Shown here: positions 59,144 to 64,000 of the stretch, piece by piece
Numbering within the stretch: the first letter of the stretch is position 1
How the letters are laid out: the number at the start of each line of letters is the position of its first letter
From: Gaiellaceae bacterium
GTDB lineage: Bacteria; Actinomycetota; Thermoleophilia; Gaiellales; Gaiellaceae
Direction: 5' to 3'
Length of the DNA stretch: 64,000 bases
NCBI GenBank assembly: GCA_035652235.1
Contig: DASREE010000040.1
Span: 4,917 to 68,916, forward strand
The notes under the pieces: model-generated
Database searches by the model: none
Told to the model about the DNA's origin: nothing
The model's input: only the letters and a program-made list of their open reading frames with translations
Position numbers and translations under genes: made by a program

Positions 59144-60283
59144 TCGTTCCCAGGCCAGGCCGGCGGCGAGAACCGTCTCGTCGTGCGGGGCGATGAGCTG
59201 CATGTTCCCGATCGCGAGGCCGGCCCAGCCGATGAGGTTCACCCAGCGCAGGAAGGAGGAGAAGGCGAGCCGCACCTCGAGCTCGTCCGCGTCCTCCGGC
59301 GGCAGCTCGACGGCGAAGCAGGGACTCGCATACAGGTCGACGTCCGGCCGGTAGCGCCGCCACTCGTCGATCGCGCGGTACGCGTCCGAGGCCTCCTCGT
59401 CCGTCGTCCGCAGCGCGAGCTCGAGCTTGCTGCGGCAGAGGTGGGAGTACTCGTCGGCGCGGCTCGGGAAGGTGGCACGGTGGGAGTGGAGCGCCTCCCG
59501 GTTGAAGAGCGGCCACGTGTTCGCCGTCGGCTCGGGAACGGCCGCCTCCACCACCGTCGCCCCGAGCCGCTCGAGGTCCGCGACCCAGGCCTCGGCCGCG
59601 TCGCTCGTCTCCGTCTCACGGCCGTCGCCGACCCCGGGCGGCCGGCGAAGGAGCCCGACCCTGCACCCGTCCAGCCCCGGCTCCGGCACCGGCTTCCCGG
59701 TCAACACCGACCAGACGAGCGCGACATCCGCCACCGTCCGCGCCATCGGCCCAACCGTGTCCAGCGTCGGGCAAAGCGGGAAGACGCCCTCGGTCGAGAC
59801 CGAGCCCCACCGCGGCTTCAGCCCGACGGTGCCACAGCACGCCGACGGCAGCCGAATCGAGCAGCCGGTGTCGGTACCGAGCCCGAGGTCGCAGAGCCCT
59901 GCCGCAAGCGCGGCCGCGTTGCCGGCGCTCGAGCCACCCGTCGTCTTCCCCGGCGCGGCCGGGTTGTGCACCGTCCCGTACCACGGGTTCTGGCCCATCA
60001 CGGCCCAGGCGAACTCGGGCAGATTCGCCTTCCCCACCATCACCGCCCCCGCCTCGAGCAGCCGCTCGACGGCCGGCGCCGTCCGCTCCGGCACGTGCCG
60101 GCCGTAGATCCGCGAGCCGTACGTCGTACGTACGCCCGCGGTGTCGATCAGATCCTTGACGAGCAGCGTCCGGCCGGAGAGCGGCCCGGAGGCGCGCGCG
60201 TACGGCTGCTCAACCCAGGTGATGACCGCGTTGTACGGGTCGCGGCTCGCCGACCCGCCGGCGTCCGCCGGATCGCCGTTCAT
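59135..60283 (-). CDS. amidase-signature family amidase
   Basis: 'LLVKDLIDTAGVRTTYGS', 'GKANLPEFA', 'TTGGSSAGNAAALAAG', 'LGTDTGCSIRLPSACCGTVGLKP'. Confidence 0.85.
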   Translation of the reverse strand: MNGDPADAGGSASRDPYNAVITWVEQPYARASGPLSGRTLLVKDLIDTAGVRTTYGSRIYGRHVPERTAPAVERLLEAGAVMVGKANLPEFAWAVMGQNPWYGTVHNPAAPGKTTGGSSAGNAAALAAGLCDLGLGTDTGCSIRLPSACCGTVGLKPRWGSVSTEGVFPLCPTLDTVGPMARTVADVALVWSVLTGKPVPEPGLDGCRVGLLRRPPGVGDGRETETSDAAEAWVADLERLGATVVEAAVPEPTANTWPLFNREALHSHRATFPSRADEYSHLCRSKLELALRTTDEEASDAYRAIDEWRRYRPDVDLYASPCFAVELPPEDADELEVRLAFSSFLRWVNLIGWAGLAIGNMQLIAPHDETVLAAGLAWERGP

Positions 60284-60663
60284 CGCCCCGCCACCGCCAC
60301 GCAGTCGACCTCGATCCGCGCTCCCGGCACGGCGAGCCGCGACACCTCGACGAGCGTCGACGCCGGGTGGGCGTCACCGAACACCTCCTCCCGCAGCCGC
60401 GCGATCGCGTCCCGCTCCGACACGTCCGTGAGGAAGATCGTGAGCTTGGCCACATCGCCGAAGGAGGCACCGGCGGCGGCCAGGATCTCCCACATCGTGC
60501 CGAACACCTTCCTGGCCTGGGTCAGGATGTCGTCGCCGACGAGCTTGCCGTCGCCGTCCACCGGCAGGATCCCGTTCACGAAGATCAGCTCCCCGGACAC
60601 GGTGACCGCGTGCGCCGAGTGGGAGAGCAGCGGCAGCCCCGGCACGTGCAGCTCCCTCCTCAT
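60280..60663 (-). CDS. Rid (YjgF/YER057c/UK114) family protein, copy 1
   Basis: 'LIFVNGILPVD', 'TQARKVFGTMWEILAAAG', 'KLTIFLTDV', 'HPASTLVEVSRLAVPGARIEVDCVA'. 4-nt overlaps on both sides. Confidence 0.85.
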   Translation of the reverse strand: MRRELHVPGLPLLSHSAHAVTVSGELIFVNGILPVDGDGKLVGDDILTQARKVFGTMWEILAAAGASFGDVAKLTIFLTDVSERDAIARLREEVFGDAHPASTLVEVSRLAVPGARIEVDCVAVAGR

Positions 60664-61049
60664 GACGGCACGAGAGCGACCGCCTCCACCTCGATCCGCG
60701 CCCCCGGGACGGCGAGGCGGCTGATCTCGACGAGCGTCGACGCCGGCCGGGCGGAGCCGAAGAACTCCTGCCGAACCGGGTTGATCGCGGCCCGGTCGCG
60801 GACGTCCGTCAGGAACACCGTCACCTTGACCACGTCCTGCGGGGCGGCGCCGGCGGCCGCCAGCACCGTGCGCATGTTCTCGAACACCTGCCGCGCCTGC
60901 GAGACGACGTCGCCGCCGACCACGCGCCCGTCCGCGTCGACCGGCACGATGCCGGATACGAACAGCAGGTCGCCCGCCCGCACCGCGTCCGTGTAGTGCG
61001 AGATCGGCTCCGCCTGCCCCGCGACCCGGTACTCCTCGCGGCCGCGCAT
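60660..61049 (-). CDS. Rid (YjgF/YER057c/UK114) family protein, copy 2
   Basis: 3' 129 codons of ORF 60660..61445 from ATG 61049. 'LLFVSGIVPVD', 'KVTVFLTDV', 'RPASTLVEISRLAVPGARIEVEAVA'. Confidence 0.85.
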   Translation of the reverse strand: MRGREEYRVAGQAEPISHYTDAVRAGDLLFVSGIVPVDADGRVVGGDVVSQARQVFENMRTVLAAAGAAPQDVVKVTVFLTDVRDRAAINPVRQEFFGSARPASTLVEISRLAVPGARIEVEAVALVPS

Positions 61050-61495
61050 CAGCTCTGCTTCGCGAAGTGCGCCTTGAGCGCGTCGAGGCCGCCCTGGAAG
61101 ACCTCGACGGCGAAGAAGCGCTCCCAGCGCCCGATCTGGTCGCGCTCGCAGTCGAACGTCGTCCACCACTCGACGAAGCTCCGCTGGCCGTCCGTCACCG
61201 GCGTCACCCGGATCGTCGCCTGGTAGTTGTCCACGTCGAAGGGGTGCTTCTGGAAGTCGTACGTGTACGAGCGCTCGACGTCGGAGTGGGCGAGGAGCTG
61301 CTCGCGCAGGTGGGTGCCGTCCGTGAGCGTGAAGCTGCGGATCGCCCCCACCTGGTCGCCTGCCTTGCCCTCCTCGATCTCGCTCGTCGCGACCATGCCA
61401 GAGTGCCAGCTGGCCAGCCCGTTGAAGTCGCGGATCCGCGCCCACACCTCGTCCGCGGAGGCGTCGATCACCGTGCTCGCATAGGACCTCGCCAT
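61049..61495 (-). CDS. SRPBCC (START/Bet v1-like, polyketide-cyclase-type) protein
   Basis: 3' 148 codons of ORF 61049..62809 from ATG 61495. 'STVIDASADEVWARIRDFNGLASWH'. The stop shares one nt with the next ATG (TGATG). Confidence 0.75.
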   Translation of the reverse strand: MARSYASTVIDASADEVWARIRDFNGLASWHSGMVATSEIEEGKAGDQVGAIRSFTLTDGTHLREQLLAHSDVERSYTYDFQKHPFDVDNYQATIRVTPVTDGQRSFVEWWTTFDCERDQIGRWERFFAVEVFQGGLDALKAHFAKQS

Positions 61496-61527
61496 CGCTC
61501 CTCCTTCGTCGTCCGTACGCCGTAACC

Positions 61528-63198
61528 CTATGCGCGCGAGGCAGCGCGGATCTCCGTGATCGTCTGCCGCGGGTGGATCGCCTCCGGGTCGACCCGCAGG
61601 TCGATCACCGACGGCAGCCCCGAGCGCACCGCCCGCTCGAACGCCGCCTCCACCTCGCTCGTCCGCTCCACCGTCTCGCCGTGGCAGCCGAACGAGCGGG
61701 CGAAGTCGGCGAAGTCCGGGTTGAGGAGGTCGGTGCCGACGACGCGCCCGGGATAGTGCCGCTCCTGGTGCATCCTGATCGTCCCGTACATGCCGTTGTT
61801 GACGACGAGCACCACCACCGGCAGCTCGTACTGCGCGGCCGTGGCCAGCTCGGACGCCGCCATCATGAAGTCGCCGTCGCCGGCGAGGCAGACGACGAGC
61901 CGCTCCGGGTGGAGCGCCTTCGCCGCGAGCGCCGCCGGCAGCCCGTAGCCCATGGCGCCCGCGCGGGGGGCGAGCTGGGTGCCGAAACGGGCGAACTCGT
62001 AGAAGCGGTGCGCCCAGACGGTGAAGTTGCCCGCGCCGCAGGCGAGGACGGCGTCCTCGGGGAGCCGGCGGCGGAGGAAGGCCATCACCTCGCCGAGGTC
62101 GAGGCAGCCGGGAAGCGGCCGGTGCCGGAGGTTGGCCAGGTAGTCGGCGCGCGCCGAGGCGGTCCACTCGCGCCAGCGCGACGAGTCGACCGGCTCCAGC
62201 TCCTGCAGGCCGGCGGCGAGCTCCGTCACCCCGGAGACGATCGGAAGATCCGGCTCGTACACGCGGCCGAGCTCGTCCGGGTCGGGATGGACGTGTACGA
62301 GCGTCTGCTGCGGCCGGGGGACCTCGAGCAGCGTGTAGTCGCGCGTCGTGATGTCGCCGAGCCGGCCGCCCACGGCGAGCACGAAGTCCGACTCCTGCAC
62401 GCGCCGGGCGAGCCTCGCGTCCATGCCGAGCGTCAGGTGCCCCGCGTAGACACGCGAGCGGTTGTCGACGTAGTCCTGGCAGCGGAACGACGCGGCGACG
62501 GGGACGTCGTTCGCCTCGCAGAACGCGAGCACGCCCTGGGCGGCGTCCGCCGTCCAGCCGCCCTCGCCGACGATGGCGAGCGGACGCTCCGAGCGCTCGA
62601 GCAGCTGGCGGAGCCGCCGCAGGTCGTCCTCGCTCGGCTGCGGGTGCGGCACGTGGATGGGGGCGGCGTCCGGCGCGTCCGTCTCCTCGGCGAGCACGTC
62701 CTCGGGCAGCGCGAGCACGACCGGGCCGGGCCGGCCGCTGACGGCGACCGCGAACGCCCGGGCGACGAGCTCCGGCAGACGGCCGGCGTCCTCGGCCTGG
62801 ACGGCCCACTTGGCGAGCCCGCCGAACACGTGCGGGTAGTCGAGCTCCTGGAACGCGTCCCGGCCGACGAACGCCCGCCGCACCTGGCCGGCGAGCAGGA
62901 TCATCGGCGTCGAGTCCTGCCAGGCGATGTGGACGCCGATCGAGGCGTGGGTCGAGCCGGGGCCGCGCGTGACGAGGCAGATCCCCGGGCGGCCGGTCAG
63001 CTTCCCGTACGCCTCCGCCATGTTCGCCGCCGCCGCCTCGTGGCGGCAGGAGATGAGCCGGATGCGGGCGTCGTGGAGCGCGTCGAGCACGGGCAGGTAG
63101 CTCTCGCCCGGGACGCAGAAGGCGATCTCGACGCCGTGCAGCTCCAGCTGGTCGACGAGGACCCGGCCGCCGCTCCGCGTCACGGCAACCCCCCGCAC
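61528..63198 (-). CDS. thiamine-diphosphate-dependent enzyme (acetolactate synthase large-subunit-like)
   Basis: 3' part of ORF 61528..63630. 'FCVPGESYLPVLDAL', 'CLVTRGPGSTHA', 'LAGDGDFMMAASELATAAQYELPVVVLVVNNGMYGTI'. Start is GTG 63198 or GTG 63183. Confidence 0.85.
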   Translation of the reverse strand: MRGVAVTRSGGRVLVDQLELHGVEIAFCVPGESYLPVLDALHDARIRLISCRHEAAAANMAEAYGKLTGRPGICLVTRGPGSTHASIGVHIAWQDSTPMILLAGQVRRAFVGRDAFQELDYPHVFGGLAKWAVQAEDAGRLPELVARAFAVAVSGRPGPVVLALPEDVLAEETDAPDAAPIHVPHPQPSEDDLRRLRQLLERSERPLAIVGEGGWTADAAQGVLAFCEANDVPVAASFRCQDYVDNRSRVYAGHLTLGMDARLARRVQESDFVLAVGGRLGDITTRDYTLLEVPRPQQTLVHVHPDPDELGRVYEPDLPIVSGVTELAAGLQELEPVDSSRWREWTASARADYLANLRHRPLPGCLDLGEVMAFLRRRLPEDAVLACGAGNFTVWAHRFYEFARFGTQLAPRAGAMGYGLPAALAAKALHPERLVVCLAGDGDFMMAASELATAAQYELPVVVLVVNNGMYGTIRMHQERHYPGRVVGTDLLNPDFADFARSFGCHGETVERTSEVEAAFERAVRSGLPSVIDLRVDPEAIHPRQTITEIRAASRA

Positions 63199-63215
63199 CG
63201 CCCCGCTTCCGGCGA

Positions 63216-63755
63216 TCACAGCTCGATCGGCTGCTCGAGGTAGATCCGCGCCCGCTGCAGCTTCGGCCTGGCCTCGTCGGCCGGGTCGACGTAGCGGATG
63301 GTGCGCTTGCCGGCGAGCGCGCGCGGCACGAGCATCACGCGCACGAAGGCCGTCTCCTGCGTCTCCGAGGCGACGGCGAGCACCGGCTCGGGCCCGCTCT
63401 CGAACCAGGCGCCGCCCGGTCGGTACAGGTGGCTTGCGCCGCCCGCCTCGACCCGCAGCGAGCCGGCGAGCAGGTAGCGGATGCCCGGACCGGGATGCGT
63501 GTGCCGGTAGGCCACTCCGCCCGGCGGGAAGTCGACGCGGTCGCAGCGCAGGAGCCAGCCGCCGTCCGGCGCGACGTCGATCTCGGCGGCGAGCGTCGCG
63601 CCGGCGACCGGCTGCTCTCCGAGCTCCCACACGAGCGCGGGGCCGTCGACGGCCGCCGCGCCGAAGCGGGCTTCGTCGCGGGCCAGGTCGTAGACGACGC
63701 GGCGGCCCGGCAGCGCGTCCACGCCGTCGGGATGCTCGAGCAGGGAGAGGATCAC
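63216..63755 (-). CDS. cupin-domain protein
   Basis: ORF 179 aa. 'GGVAYRHTHPGPGIRYLLAGSLRVE'. Confidence 0.7.
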   Translation of the reverse strand: MILSLLEHPDGVDALPGRRVVYDLARDEARFGAAAVDGPALVWELGEQPVAGATLAAEIDVAPDGGWLLRCDRVDFPPGGVAYRHTHPGPGIRYLLAGSLRVEAGGASHLYRPGGAWFESGPEPVLAVASETQETAFVRVMLVPRALAGKRTIRYVDPADEARPKLQRARIYLEQPIEL

Positions 63756-63756
63756 G

Positions 63757-64000
63757 TCAGTGGAAGGTCTGGCCTCCGTCGATGACGATCGTCTGCCCGG
63801 TGACGAAGTCCGCGCCCGGCCCGCACAGGAAGACGACGGCCCCGACGACGTCCTCCGGCAGCTGGTCGCGCTGGATCGTGCGCGCGGCGAGGGACACGTC
63901 GCGGAGCTTCTCGATCACCTCCGGGTGCGCCTTGACACCGTCCGACAGGGTGAACCCGGGCGCGACGCAGTTGACGTGGATCGAGTCCTTGCCCAGCTCC
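63757..64000 (-). CDS. short-chain dehydrogenase/reductase, 3' end only (the 5' part lies beyond the window)
   Basis: My own reverse translation gives '...HVNCVAPGFT...VVGAVVFLCGPGADFVTGQTIVIDGGQTFH*'. Absent from the ORF track because it has no start in the window. Confidence 0.8.
   Translation of the reverse strand, partial: ELGKDSIHVNCVAPGFTLSDGVKAHPEVIEKLRDVSLAARTIQRDQLPEDVVGAVVFLCGPGADFVTGQTIVIDGGQTFH

Overview
Very GC-rich (by eye about 70% or more), densely coding chromosomal segment. It looks like an Actinomycetota genome: TANNNT -10 boxes, many apparently leaderless starts, frequent GTGA/ATGA start-stop overlaps. A Thermoleophilia/Conexibacter-like origin is only a guess. I support about 60 protein genes and saw no rRNA, tRNA or CRISPR array. 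All functional calls rest on motif and family recognition by eye, with no database search.

Gene blocks in order:
1. c-di-GMP trio: REC-GAF-PAS-PAS-HisKA_3 kinase, REC-EAL regulator, polytopic GGDEF-EAL protein.
2. YyaL-like thioredoxin-domain protein and a family III CoA-transferase.
3. nadB-nadC-nadA, divergent from the Nudix-type regulator nrtR, with a palindromic operator between start codons only 18 bp apart.
4. Secreted cupredoxin, then arsR-arsM-arsC-acr3.
5. Class II aldolase with an unknown N-terminal half, and a small membrane protein.
6. Pho island: phoP and phoR-like divergent, pstC-pstA-pstS on one strand, pstB-phoU on the other. Three triple 11-bp GTTCACC-type PHO boxes are visible.
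7. CapA-like phosphoesterase and TlpA-like thiol-disulfide oxidoreductase.
8. Form II CoxSLM-like molybdenum hydroxylase next to glcDEF.
9. M19 dipeptidase, flavin amine oxidase, NYN protein, nitroreductase.
10. About 9.8 kb co-directional string under a divergent LysR: VOC, LivHM, binding protein, LivGF, PD40 lipoprotein, split Tm-1-like pair (UPF0261 + PEP-hydrolase-like TIM barrel), quinone oxidoreductase.
11. Orphan LarA-like protein.
12. Decayed stretch: DUF1858 gene, frameshifted small gene, 90-aa PfkB kinase relic.
13. A large-FAD-FeS-CoA ligase-crotonase cluster colinear with hmfABCDE (2-furoyl-CoA pathway).
14. Mobile-element scar: IS256 transposase fragment, frameshifted hicA, several short tandem repeats.
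15. SDR-cupin-ThDP enzyme-SRPBCC-Rid-Rid-amidase string of unknown function.

I found no obvious defence or otherwise clearly novel multi-gene system. The most interesting items are the PHO-box/pst architecture, the hmf-like cluster, the Tm-1-like pair embedded in an ABC operon, the Rid/amidase operon, and the recurrent leaderless-promoter signature.
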